60,000 bases of DNA. It comes from Mobula hypostoma. Lineage: Eukaryota. The translations under genes were made by a program, and so were the position numbers. The stretch is from assembly GCF_963921235.1 (NCBI RefSeq), contig NC_086097.1, positions 178,872,001-178,932,000 on the forward strand. The letters run 5' to 3'. Shown one piece after another: positions 46,525 to 58,749 of this stretch. Every line of letters begins with the position of its first letter. The first letter of the stretch is position 1. A model generated the notes under the pieces. The model ran no database searches, was not told the origin of the DNA, and saw nothing but the letters and a program-made list of their open reading frames with translations.

Positions 46525-47070
46525 TGACAGCTATTGTACCCAGTGCGGCCTCCTCTACATCAGTGAAACTCGGCGCAGATTGGGGTTCACCAATTAATCG
46601 AACGCATTCGCTCTGTCCACCACTCAAGGCAGGATAGCCCAGTGCTACCCATTTCTATTAGTCCTCCCATTCTCATACCAACAGATCTGGCCATGGCCTT
46701 CTCTGCTGCCTCCACGAGGCCAAACACAAGTTGGGGGAGCAACAGCTCATATTCCGTCTAGTTAGCCTCCAACTTGATGACACGAACATCGATTTCTATA
46801 ACTTCTGGTAATTTAAACCCCCTCCCCGCCTTCTCTTGTCCTCACCTCCCTCCGGTTCCCCTCTTCCTCCCCTTTCTTCCATGGTCCACTGTATATCAGA
46901 TTCCTTCTTCTTCAGCCCTTTACCACTTCCCCCCGCTCCTTGCTTCACCCCCTCCCCTATCCACCCCCCTTCCCCCTCATATGCCCTACCTATCACCTGC
47001 CAGCTTGTACTCCTTCCCTCCCGCACCTTCTTATTCTGTCTTGTTCCTCCAGCATGTTGTGTGTGTTGCT
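46525..47070 (+). mobile_element. Older Penelope GIY-YIG fragment plus pseudo-LTR remnant
   Basis: YCTQCGLLYISETRRRLG and EQQLIFRL..LQ remnants, then a pyrimidine-rich 3' region. The hammerhead segment is absent. Confidence 0.8.
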
Positions 47071-47481
47071 CTTAATAACAGATGTTGCCTTCTTGAGGTA
47101 TCACCTCTTGAAGATGTCCTCGATGGAGGGGAGGGATGTGCCTGAGATAGAGTTGGCTATCTACAGCCCTCTGTAGCCTCTTCCATCTTGCAAGAAAGAC
47201 TTGGGGTTGGAGTCAGTAAATACTCTCGTGCAGGGTGGACAGATTTTTGGTCCACAGGGAGCCTTGAGTCTCGGGGAACAGACGGTGAAGCGGAGCTGAT
47301 CTGAAGATCAGGTTGGCTTTGACTGCACGGAGCAGGCGAGGGGCTGAGGGACTCCAGTTTCACTCCTCATGTTTCCTGGGGCGGTGAGAGTGGTGCAGAG
47401 CTAGAGCTGCTACTCTTTCTACAGTGCAGACAGTAATGAAGGCTCCAGCTGCACTGGCACTGCAACACTAGAGCACTGCCA

Positions 47482-47781
47482 CAGATAGATACATTATTGA
47501 TCCCAAAGGAAATTACCATGTCACAGTACCATTACAAGTGCATAGATATACAAATATTAGAAGAGAAGCAAGAAAGAATAAAAATAAGTTACCTCAGTCT
47601 ACCAGGAGGGTGTCGTCACTTCCCCAGCTATAGGTTGACTCATTATAGAGCCAACTGGCCGAGGGTAAGAATGACCTCATATGCACTCTTTGGAGCTGTT
47701 GTCTTTACCTATTATTGAAAGTGTTTCTCTGTTCAGCCAAGGTGGTGTGCAGAGGGCGAGGAACACCGTCCAGAATTGTCA
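47482..47781 (-). mobile_element. Rex1/Babar 3' fragment with (gata)n tail
   Basis: Reverse-complement homologue of 22575-22895. Confidence 0.8.
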
Positions 47782-48049
47782 AAACGGTATCACCGCTTCA
47801 CTACAATACTGCATCACCGTATTGCTGCACACCACATTGCAAAAACACTGCATCAATGCAACACCTCAGCACTACAACAGTGCTGCATTGTGATTCTACA
47901 GTGCCACAACTCTGCACCACCATATCATAACACTGTACCTTTACTGCACTGCATCAGCAAAACACTGCAATATTGCAGTGTTTCCGCACTGCACCTCCGC
48001 AGTGCCTGAAAACTGCAAATCTGTGTTGCTACAACACAATCACTGCAAC

Positions 48050-48470
48050 AGGCATCAGTTATGAGGAGAGACTGGGGAGTCTGGGTTTGTTCTCCCTCAA
48101 GTGGAGGGTGTTCAGAGCAGATGTATTTGAGATATATAAAATTATGAGGCATACAGACAGGGTAGACAGCAGGAAACGTCCCCATATCACAGGCCAACAG
48201 AGCTGGAGGACAGAGATTAAGGGGAAGGGGGAAGAGATTTAGAGGGCATCTGGGGAGACTTATTCCTCCAAGAGAGTGGTGAGTGGCTGGAGCACACTAC
48301 CAGAGAGAGCCGTGGAAGCAGTCACTGACACCATTAGTCTCGGCAGCACTAGAATCACTCAGTGGAAGGCCTTGGGCCAAGTGCAGAGAGATGGGGTTGA
48401 AGTGGATAATGCCCACTGGTCAGTATGGATGTGATGGGCCAAATGGCCTGATTCCATGCTGTACTTCTGT
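48050..48470 (+). mobile_element. CR1 3' fragment
   Basis: GISYEERLGSLGLFSL...EIYKIMRHTDRVD. Confidence 0.8.
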
Positions 48471-48477
48471 GAATGGC

Positions 48478-48690
48478 CCCATAGCACCATCCTGAGGAAG
48501 GACAAGAGTTCTCACTCATCCTTAGGACAACACAGTTCCTCAACCAAAGTCAATCAGAAACAGACCATCGGTTCATTCTCAGACTAGTGTCTGAGAAAGC
48601 TTGCTATGCTTGTTGGCTGCAGTCTCTCCCATATGCTAGCACTCCTGAAGAACTCCAGTATATGTGAGAGTGGCATTGAGAGAGGTGCCA
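48478..48690 (+). mobile_element. Ancient Deu-domain SINE remnant
   Basis: Collinear degenerate match to my recollection of the Deu domain: 'gagttctc...cctcaaccaa...aaacaga...agcttgct...ttggctgc'. Confidence 0.5.
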
Positions 48691-48799
48691 CACAGCCAAC
48701 TAATGCCCTCTGGGATTTCTTCATCTTTTAAACCTGAAGTCTTCCCCACTTAGGGGAGTGAACGCAGCCATCTCTGTGCTGTGTGCATGTGGATGTAGG

Positions 48800-50715
48800 T
48801 GGAGGTAATTGAGTCGTACAGCATGCATGGAAATAGAGTCGTACAGTACGGCATGGAAACAGACCATTCAGCCCAACTGGTCCATGCCATCCAATATGCC
48901 CCATTTGCCATCATTTGGCCATTTCCTTTAAACCTCCTACCGTGCACTTGTGTAACCTCCTTATTGTACCTGCTTCAATCACTTTCTCTGCCAGTTCATT
49001 CTACATAGGTACCACCCATTGTATAGCAAAGTTGCCCCTCAAGTACCTAGTAAATCTCTCCCCTCTCACCTTACACTTATGACATTAACAACGTAGAACA
49101 GTACTGCACAGGATAGGCCTTCCGACTCATGACATCATGCCAACCCCCAAGATTAATCTAACCCTTCCCTCCCACGTTGTCTTCCATTTTTCTTTCGTTC
49201 ATGTACCTACTTATGAGTCTCTTAAATGTCCCTAGTGTGTCTGTTGGCTGTCCACTCTATTTATGCTCCTTATCGTCTTATATACCTCTCTGGAGTCACA
49301 TCTCATCCTCCTTCGCTCCAAAGAGAAAAGCCCGAGCACGCTCAACCTTCTCCCATAAGACATGTTTCTAATCCATTCAGCATCTTGGTAAATGTTGTTT
49401 GCACCCTATCTGAAGCTTCTACATCCTTCCTAAAATGAGGCCACCAGAACTGAACACAAATTTGAGTTCTTGATTTCCAGACCCTGGGAAAAGAAGGTGT
49501 GCATTCCAGCTATTTAACCCCCTCATGGTTTTATACACCTCTAGTAGATAATCCCTCATTCTCCTGCACTAGCCTATCCAATCTCTCCTGATAACTCAGA
49601 CCCTCAAATCCAAGCGATAACCTTGTAAATCTTTTCTGCCCTCTTTCCCATTTAATGACCGTAAGACACAGAAGCAGAAATAGGCCCTTTGAGTCTGCTC
49701 CGCCATTCCATCATGCCTGATAATATCCCTCATAACCCCTTTTCCTGCTTTCTCCCCTTTAATACCCTGACTATTTAAGAACCTATCTACTCCACTTTAA
49801 ATATACCCAATAACTTGGCCTACACAGCTGTCAATGGCAATGAATTTCATAGATTCACCACCTAAAGAAATTCCCCCTCATTTCTGTTCTAATGGATGTC
49901 CCTTTATTCTGAGATTGTGCCTCTGGTTCTTGACTCACCTACTGTAGGAAACTTCCTCTCCGCATCCACTTTATTTAGGCCTTTCAGTTTTCAATAGATT
50001 TCAGTGAGATCCCCACTCTTTCATCTAAATGCCAGCAAATACAGGCCCAAAGCCATCAAGCTCTCCTGAAACATCAACCCTTTCATTTCAGTATCATTCT
50101 TGTGAAATTCCTCTGGATCCTCTCCAATGCTACCACATATTTTCTTAGATAAGGGGCCCAAAGCTGCTCACAATACTCCAAGTGCAGTCTGACCAGTGCC
50201 TAATAAAGCCTCAACATTACATCCTTGCTTTTATATTCTAGTCCTCTCGAAATGAGTGCTAACATTGCATTTGCCCTCCTCACCCCCAGCTCAACCTGCA
50301 AGTTAACCCTTAGGGAATTCTGCATGAGGATTCCCAAGTCCCTTTGCACTTCTGATTTCTGAATTTTCTCCCCATTTGGAAAACAGACTATGGTTTTATT
50401 CCTTCTACCAAAGTGCCTGACCATACACTTCCTTATGCTATATTCCATCTACCACTTCTTTGCCATTCTCCTAATTAGTCTACATCCTTCTGAAGACATT
50501 CTGCTTCCTCAATGCAACAGCCCCACTCCCATAAACTTGGCCACAAAGCCATCGATTCCGTCATCCAAGTCATTGACATATAATGTGAGAAGAGATGCTC
50601 CCAAAACTGACCTCTACAGAACACCACTAGTCACTGGCAACCAACCAGAAAAGGCCACCTTTATTCCCACTCCTTCCCTTCTCCCAGTCAGCCAATCTTC
50701 TCTCCACGTTAGTAT
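48800..50715 (-). mobile_element. Stack of minus-strand CR1 fragments, including an RT fragment at 49660-50715
   Basis: ORF 50200-50448 'SEVQRDLG...ANAMLALISRGLEYKSKDVMLRLY' and several CR1 3' termini. Confidence 0.85.
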
Positions 50716-50719
50716 CATC

Positions 50720-51010
50720 CAAGTGACTTTTGGCTTTGAAGAAGGAAATGCACACCGACTGTTTAAGATTTTATTAGCCTTTAATTGGATTGTTATGGAA
50801 TCATTCCAAATCTACAAGTTCTTCAGATTTAATAACCGTGTTTAAAATTTAATGATTGCACTTGTCGTGAGTATAACTAAAGATATCGTCATGCATAGAG
50901 AGAGCTCCCTGCTCGGACACTTGCCTTCAATCAGTGCTCCTAGGGAACGCAGGGGTCAGCTGCTGAGAGAATATTCCACAGGATTATGTGATGCTTTGTA
51001 AACTTCTAAA
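50720..51010. promoter_or_regulatory. Candidate conserved non-coding element
   Basis: Unique island with ttttatta, taattgg and taatgattg motifs and the palindrome tggaat-c-attcca. Confidence 0.3.
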
Positions 51011-51063
51011 TGTGAAAAAACCGAGGCAGGACAAGAGAATGCTGCACCATCAGGATTGACGTA

Positions 51064-51220
51064 AACACACAGAGTGCTGGAGGAACTCCATGGATCAAGC
51101 AGCAGCTGTGGAGGAAAATAATCAGTCGATGTTCTGAGCTGAGACCCTTCATTAGGAGTTCTGCCCAAAGCAGGGACTGTTCTTTCCCATCCATAGATGC
51201 TGACTGGCCTACTGACTTTG
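51064..51220. mobile_element. Old inverted pair of Penelope tails
   Basis: Minus arm 51064-51157 with a decayed hammerhead; plus arm 51160-51220 'atagatgctgactggcctactga'. Confidence 0.6.
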
Positions 51221-52244
51221 TAAGGTCAGTGCTTTGATCCAGGTTTCTAGCTTCTGCAGAGCTGCACCATCAGGGCAGCGTCTCAGAGGTGGGTGGTTCA
51301 GCTAAGCTATCTGCTACTCCACTCTTGGAGAACTGTGTACAGTTCTGGTCACCCCATTACAGGAAAGGTGCGGAGATTTGGAAAGGGTACAGAAGAGGTT
51401 CACCAAGATGCTGCCTGAGTTGGAGAGTGTGAACTATAAACAGAGGTTGTTTTCTCTGGAGCATCAGAGGCTGAAGGGAGACTGATAAAAGTTTATAAAA
51501 TTTTAAGAGGCATAAATTGGGAATCAGAATGTTTTGAAATGTTGGGTAAAAGAGGACATTTAACAAGGAAGTAGGTTTTTGAATGATTATGGAATTGAGT
51601 GTGATGGGAACTGGCTTAGAAGCAAAGTTCATTGCTTCCCCATCGGCTCCTAATCTGATGTCCTTGTGTCGGATTGGAATGTGGTCGATGCTTTACTGTC
51701 CTCTGAAATGGAACAGAAAGTTTAGGGGCAAGCGGGACGGGACATAAGTGCTAATTGTTTGGGAAGGGGAGGGTAGACAGGTTGGAACTTTGTCCCTTGC
51801 ATGTAGGAGAGACTCAGGGATGACCTTACAAAGTTGTATAAAATCATGAATACTTACTTACTGCCTGTTACGCCGCTGGCATTCAAAGCAGGTACGTTAA
51901 CAACATTTAAAAGACCATAAGACATGGGAACAGAATTGGGCCATTTGACCCATCGAGTCTGCTGCGTCTTTCAGTCAGGCCTGATTTATTTTTGCCTCAC
52001 AACCCCATTCTCCTGCCTTCTCTCTGTAACCGTTGACACCCTCACAAATCTATCAATCTCTCCATTAACTACATCCAATGACTTGGTCTTCACAGCCATC
52101 TGTGGTAAAATCTCTCTTCTAAAGGGATTTCCTTCTGGTCTCAGACTCTACCAAGACTGGAAACATTCTCTCCATATCCCTCATTCAGGCCTTTCATGCC
52201 ACAGATAGGGAAGGTTTAGAAGGACCTGAGCCAAACACAAGCAA

Positions 52245-52728
52245 ACAGAACACCTCATATTCCATCTGGGTAGCCTCCAACCTGATTTCATGAACATCAA
52301 TTTGTCTAACTCCTTTAATTTCTCCCCCTCCCCCTTCTTTCTCTTTCCATTCCCCATTCTGATTCCCCTCTCACCGCTTCTCTTCACCTCTTTCTGGTTC
52401 CCTTCCTCCTTTCCTTTCTTTTATGGTCCATTCTCTTCTGCTGTCAGATTCCTTCTTTCTCAGTCCTTTACCTCTTCCACCTATCATCTCCCAGCTTCTT
52501 ACATCATCTTCCTCTCCAGCACACCCACCTTCCCCCTCATCTGATTTCACCTATCGCCAGTCAGTTTGTACTCCTCCTCATCCTCCTCCTCCTCTTCCTC
52601 CCCTCAGCTACTTCTGGCTTCTGCCCCCTTCCTTTATCACCCTGATGAAGGAACTAAACCCGAAACGTTGGGGGTTTATTTCCCCTCCATAGATGCCACC
52701 TGAGTTCCTCCAGCATTTTGTGTGTGAA
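52245..52728 (+). mobile_element. Penelope C-terminal fragment plus pseudo-LTR
   Basis: HLIFHLGSLQPDFMNINLSN. Hammerhead core 'ctgatga...gaaacgtt' at 52642-52669 with weakened stems. Confidence 0.8.
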
Positions 52729-52749
52729 GCAAATGGCCTGTCTGCTTGT

Positions 52750-53390
52750 TGAATATATTGCTGTCACATGACCAAGACACATGAAAGGCTTGCCTTGTGT
52801 GCTGTTCGTACAGATCAGATCATTGCATTGTGCATTCAGGTAGAACAATGACAATGCAGTATAAAGTGTAAAAGCTAGAGCGAAAGAGCAGTGCAGGCAA
52901 GATCAGAACAAGGTAGATCGTGAGATCAATAGACCAACTTATTATATTAGGGAACCATTTACTACTGTTCCAACAGCCGGATAGAAACAGGTTTTGAGCC
53001 CGTTTCAGGCTTTTGTATATTCTGCCTGCTGGGGGTTGGTGGGGGGAGAAGAGAGAATGTCTGGGGTGGGAAGGGTCTTTGATTATGTTGGCTGCTTTAC
53101 TGAGGGGGCAGTGAGAAGTGTAGACAGGTACCACAGAGGGGAGGCTGGTTTCTATAAAGTGCTCAGCTACGTACACAACCCTCTGCAGTGTCTTGCAGTC
53201 ACAGGGAAAGTAGTCGCCATTCCTAAGCCATGATGAATCCGGACAGAATGCTTTCTGTATTGCATCAGTAAAAAATGGTAAGATTTGATAGGGACATGCA
53301 CAATGTCTTTAGTGTCCTGAGGAAGTAGAGGCATTGGTGAGTTTTTTCGGCCGTGACAGCAATGTGGTCAGACCAGTACAACTACTAGTG
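52750..53390 (-). mobile_element. Rex1/Babar 3' fragment
   Basis: ORF 52820-53176 'KAANIIKDPSHPRHSLFSP...GRIYKSLK'. Confidence 0.8.
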
Positions 53391-53754
53391 ACATGAAATA
53401 GATGAAACGGGGCAAGCTTAGATAGAGATATTGGTTGGCATAGATGATGTGAGCCAAACGGTGACCTGCTGGTGACAACTTCAGCTTAGGAAGCTGTGGT
53501 TACACTTCTGCTGCCTGAGGATAGACACTGGCTACTCAATGCAGCTGTACTGTCCCACTCCTGCCCTGTTCATTTCACCTCGATCGTGGCACTTCCACTT
53601 GTGAAAATTACACCAAAGTTTTCATCCTCCAGCACTGTTACACTGCACAGTCGGGGTCTTCAGTCTCGCTATTTTAATTCAGGGCAAAATCAACCCCCTA
53701 AGTATTAATACACAGCATGGTTTGTGGAGCTCAGAAGGGATAGCAGAAATTGAC

Positions 53755-54580
53755 ATTAGAGTCATAGAGCCATACAATCCAACTCATCCCGTCATCTAAA
53801 CCCTTCCTGTCCATGTACTTTTTAAGTAGTGTTAATACTTCTCCCTCAACCACTTCCTCCGGCAGACTGTTCCATATACTGACCACCATCTGTGTGAAAA
53901 AGTTGCGCTTTGGATTCCTATTACATCACTCCCCTCACCTTAAATCTATGATCTCTAGTTCTTGAGTCCCAACTATAGGTAAAAGACTGCATGTATTCAG
54001 ACTATCTTTGCCCCTCATGTTTGTATACGCCTCTTAAGATAAAACCATAGTCATAGAACAATACAGTACAGGCCCTTCTCCCCAACCAGTCCTTGCCCAC
54101 TCAACTTGTCCCAATTTCCTGTGTTTGACCCATATCCTTCCAAGCCCCATCCCTCCATGCATCTATCCAAGTGCTTCTTAAATGAGACTACTGTAACTGC
54201 CGAAACTAAGTTCCATGTACTCACCACTCTCTACGTGGGGAAAGTTGGCCCTCAGGTCCCTTTTCAGTATCTCTCCCCTCTCACACTAAACCTATCCCCC
54301 CCCCCTTTTTTAATCTCCCCCACCCTGTTACTATCCATATTATAATTTTAAATACTTCTATCAAGTCGTCCCTCATTTTCCTACACTTCTGGGTATGAAG
54401 ATCCTGACCAAACATTCCCTATAACTCAGGCCCTCTAGTCCTGGCAACATCCTCTTAACTTTTTTCACTCTTTCCAGTTTAACCACATTTTTCCTGTAAC
54501 ATGGTGATCAAATCTCCAATGCCACCTCAGTAATGACTTACATACAACTGCAACATAATGTCCCATCTTCTATCCCGATG
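53755..54580 (-). mobile_element. Two CR1 3' fragments
   Basis: Reverse-complement CR1 C-terminal and 3' UTR motifs with (catagt/catagag) tails. Confidence 0.7.
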
Positions 54581-55109
54581 AAGTAGTTAGATCTGTTGGA
54601 ATGAACATGAAGAGTTCATAAAACATGGCTTGGCTTCACCGTGGCCTTGTTATGTGGAAGTGTTCCAGGAAACAACACCCAGTGTCTCCTTCAGCTGGGC
54701 CCAAAGACATATCCGGAACACAGGACAAACCTGTGTCAGGGACACATCTGGGACCAACAATGACAAAGTTTGCCACCAGCAGCCAGAGGTCAGGAGAAAC
54801 ATCTGGTGTTATGCAGTTTCCTCTGTGGTTCCTGAATCACTCCCTGCTGTCAGGGAGTGGTGGGGCAGCCGTTCAGGAGGATTTGTGCGATGATCCATTG
54901 GGAATGGTTTGTGAACGGGATTGCAACCTCGCATTCCCGGAGCATGTCACCTGCGGATGTGACACAACAGTTCACTGGTGTAATGGTGCCAATTTGAATC
55001 GTAGCACAGAAGGGGGTGGTGTGACTATCCAGTCCAAACTGAGAATCAGAATCAGAATCAGGTTTATTTCCACTGATTTAGATGATGTGAAATTTGTTGT
55101 TTCTATTTA

Positions 55110-55322
55110 TTTAGAGAGAGACGGCACGGTAAAACATTCCAATTACACGCATGTGACTAATTAACTTAGCGACTGATACGTGTATGGAATTTGGGAGGAA
55201 ACCAGAGAGCCCAGATGAAACCCACATGGTTGAAGGGAGTAACGACTCCTTATAGATGGCGGCAGAATTGAACCCCGAATCGTTGGTGCTGTAACAGTGG
55301 TACACTAACCATTATGTCACCA
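55110..55322 (-). mobile_element. V-domain SINE inserted in a Rex-type tail (55041-55680)
   Basis: Minus-strand B-box ggggttcaattc at ~55265-55276. The host reads 'gaaatttgttgttt|tgtggcagcagtacag' across the insert. Confidence 0.7.
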
Positions 55323-55779
55323 TTTGTGGCAGCAGTACAGTACAAAACATAAAAATTATTAGAAATTACAAAAATCAATACATATAACAAAAAAGGGATA
55401 TTGAGGTGATAAAAGGAAAACAGAATTCGGAGAATAGGGGTTGTCCCAGATGGCGAGGGTGCTTCTTGCGGCTTTACCTCTTGATGTCCTCGATGAAAGG
55501 GAGAGTTGTACCTGTGATAGAACTGGCCGTGCAGCTCTCTCGCGATCCTGGGCATTGGAGCTTCCATGTCAACCAATCAGGATGCTCTCCGCCATCCATC
55601 TGTAGAAATTTGCAAGAGTCTTTGGTCTCCTCAAACTGCTAATGAAAGTATTCTCATCGAAACATGCTGAAGAGGTAGATGCAAGACTATATCGCTTGAT
55701 TCGTGAGCTGTAACCCATTAAGACAGAAGGAATTCTTTTTCTTTGTGGGTTGTGCCCTTTGGACAAATGATTAAACTTC

Positions 55780-56570
55780 GAAAATTGACAGGGTGAATGC
55801 TCAAGGAACTTCCCCCTGCGTGGTGTGTGCAGGACCAGGGACACAATTTTGGAATAAGGTGTCATCGATTCAGAGCTGAGGTGAGGAAGCGTGTCTTCAC
55901 ACAGGAGGTGGTGAATCTTTGTGATGCACTGCCCCAGGGAGCTTGGAGGCTGGGTCGTCGCAGAGACCAGCATCCAATGAACAGTGGAGGCTCAGTCACT
56001 GAGGACACTGATGGGTGAGGTTGGTGAAGGACCCTGGGGATCAGAAATAACAGTTGAGTCCCAGGATCAACCATCATCTTACTAAGCAGTAGCACAGAAA
56101 CAGGCCCTTCGGCCCACAATGTTGTGCTCAACTAATTAAACTAGTAAATAAATGCCTAACTAGACTAATCTCTTCTGCCTACAAAATGTCCATTTCCCTC
56201 CATTCCCTTCCTATCTAATAGCCTCTTGAACGTCTCTCTCATAGTCCACCACCACCCCAGACAGCACATTCCAGGTACCCACCATTCCCTGTGTGAGAAA
56301 CTTGCCCCACACCTCTCCTTTGAACTTACCCCTTCTCACCTATATGCCTGTCCTCTAGTATTGGATATTTCGACCCTTGCTGCCTCCTCTACTGGTGCCT
56401 CTCATAATTGTATAAGCTTCTGCCAGACATCCCATCAGCCTTCATCACTCCAGAGAAAACAGCCCAAGTTAGAGCCGCCTCTCCTTATAGCACATGCCCT
56501 CTAATCCACGCAGCATCCCAGTGAACCTGTTCTGCATCCTCTCCAGAGCCTCCAAATTCTCCCTGTAATG
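55780..56570. mobile_element. Tail-to-tail CR1 fragments
   Basis: + strand 'FRAEVRKRVFTQEVVNL'; a minus-strand copy starts at ~56085. Confidence 0.7.
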
Positions 56571-57569
56571 AAAGGCTTGCCCCACCCCTTCTTCCTTATC
56601 TTGAATTCTTCTCCTTGAGTCTCTATATAAATGCAGGTTGTTGATGCCAAGCGTGGGGCCAGCAGTGATTCTGATTGGCTGCTGTTTCTAGCCAGCGAGA
56701 AGGCAAGTCACGGGAAGCTGGTGTTAACATTCCATGAAGGTTCGGGGTTGGGGAGTGGGAGTTGCGGGGGGGGGACGTGTAAACCATGCTTTCACTCTGT
56801 GTAGGCAGTTAACACTCTCTTCCTTTGACTCCTTTTATATAGAATCCCAGATGAGCAACTATTAAGAGGTTTAGTTTAATTCTGGCAAACAGGACACAGA
56901 GAGGCTTGAATTGTGCCAGGTTACAAGCTGGATGGTCTGCCCAGCACTCAGCAGGGACCATTCTGGCTCTCCCTCCCTCCCCCAACATCCGTCCTCACGT
57001 GACGCAGGTCAGCAGCAGAGAGCGAGGCAGATGGGCCTCCCGTTGACTTCAGAACAAAGGGAAAGTGACTAGCGAGATGAGGAACCTGTCGCCCCTATCT
57101 GCTGAAAGAACGTTCTGCAGAGAGGTGGGGGAGCAGGTGTCAGATGCGAGAGAACAAGAAGGAGAGGAAGGTGGGGGGGCAGTGAATGGTGAGGGCAAGG
57201 AGTGAGAGGGTTGCCTGTGTTTTCTCTGTAAGAAAGGGTTGGGGAAGAAACAGATCACTGGTGGATTCTACCACAGGCTTTCTGTGTTCAGCGTAATCTC
57301 CGGACTTTGGCACTTGTCTGCATTGAGTGATTAGTGAATCGTATAAACCACCCTGCAGAGCCGATTATTGCCTCTACATCCGGGCAGGAGAGAAAGCATG
57401 GCACATTAGCACAAGATATTGCCTTGTATGTTAAGCAGTGCCAGTCGCAGTTCAAGAAAAGGCACACCCTGGCATGCCGTGAAGCTGCCCACACTCTTGT
57501 GGGATTTGGCCATCTCCCTCAAGCCACTCTTGTCTGGGTTTTATTCGAGAACAAGTATTCTGTCACAGA

Positions 57570-58550
57570 TGGTACTGATTTGGAATATGTCATGACATTT
57601 GTTATTTTGCAGCAGCAGTACAATGAAAAAGTAAATAAATTGTGCAAAAGAGGGATAATGAGGTAGTGTTTGTAAAAGCATGAACCATTCAGATATCCTG
57701 GAGTGGAGGGCAAGAAGATGTTCCTGAATCATTGAGTGTGCGTTTTCTGGCTCCTGTACCTCCTCCCCAATGGTAGTTATGAGAAGAGGGCATATTCTGA
57801 ATGTGATGAGGCACTGGTCACACCAGTTTTGGAGTATTGTGAACACCTTATCTGAGATGGGATGTGCTGGCATTGGAGAGAATGCAGAGGAGGTTCACAA
57901 GAATGATCCCAGAATGAAAGGGTTAATGTATGAGGAGCATTTGATGGCTCTGGGCCTATGCTTGGTGGAGATTAGAAAAACGAGGAGTAATCTTATTGAA
58001 ATCTATTGAATATTGAAAGACCTAGTATAGAGTGGATGTGGAGAGGATGTTTCCTATAGTGGTGAAGTCTAGGACCAGAAGGCACATCCTCAGAATAGAG
58101 GGATGTGCCTTTAGAACAGAGATGAGGAGGATTTTCCTTTTTAGCCAGGGAGTGATGAATCTATGGAATTCAGCGGCACAGTTGGCCGTGGAGGCCAAGT
58201 CATTGGGTATATTTGAGGCATAGGTTGATAGGTTCTAGATTAGTAAGGGCATCGAAAGTTATGGGGAGAAGGCAGGAGGATGGGATTGAGAGGAAAAATA
58301 AATCAGCCATGATGGAATGGCGGAGAAAACTAGATGGATCTGGTAGCTTAATTCTGTTCCTATTCTTGTGGTCTTAATGATGGATGCTGCCTTCATGAGG
58401 CATTGCCTCTTGAACATGCCCTGAATGGTAGGGAAGTTTGTGCACGTGATGGAGATGGCTGTACAGCCTCCGGCACAATTGAGCCTCCATACCAGGCTGC
58501 GATGCAGCCCGTCAGAATGCTCTCCACTGTACATCTGTAGAAGTTTCTAC
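57570..58550. mobile_element. Minus-strand Rex fragment interrupted by a plus-strand CR1 3' fragment (~57810-58375)
   Basis: CR1 'MKGLMYEEHLMALGL', 'VERMFPIV..SRTRRH'. Rex motifs on both flanks. Confidence 0.75.
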
Positions 58551-58749
58551 TTTTGCCAGTGACTGCCAGGATGGGATTGATCCTTACTTATTACAATGAA
58601 GCAGGAGTTCATTCAGCCTGCCATGTCCATGCTAGCCCCTACCAGAGGAATGCCATCAGTCCCATTTACTCCTCTCATTCACTTGTATCCTCCCCAATTC
58701 ACCCCACTTCCCGAGGATTCATTCTTCCACTCACCTACACACTAATTGG

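Noticed and set aside
54625..55164. 179-aa ORF with a good Kozak context
   Set aside because: No recognisable domain, and its 3' part runs through a Rex tail (RIRIRIRF) and a SINE.
56624..56645. Perfect TATA box TATATAAA
   Set aside because: The context 'ctatataaatgcaggttgttg' resembles the 3' terminus of L2-type LINEs/SINEs, so it is likely a repeat relic. The nearby CCAAT box is on the wrong side for a + strand promoter.
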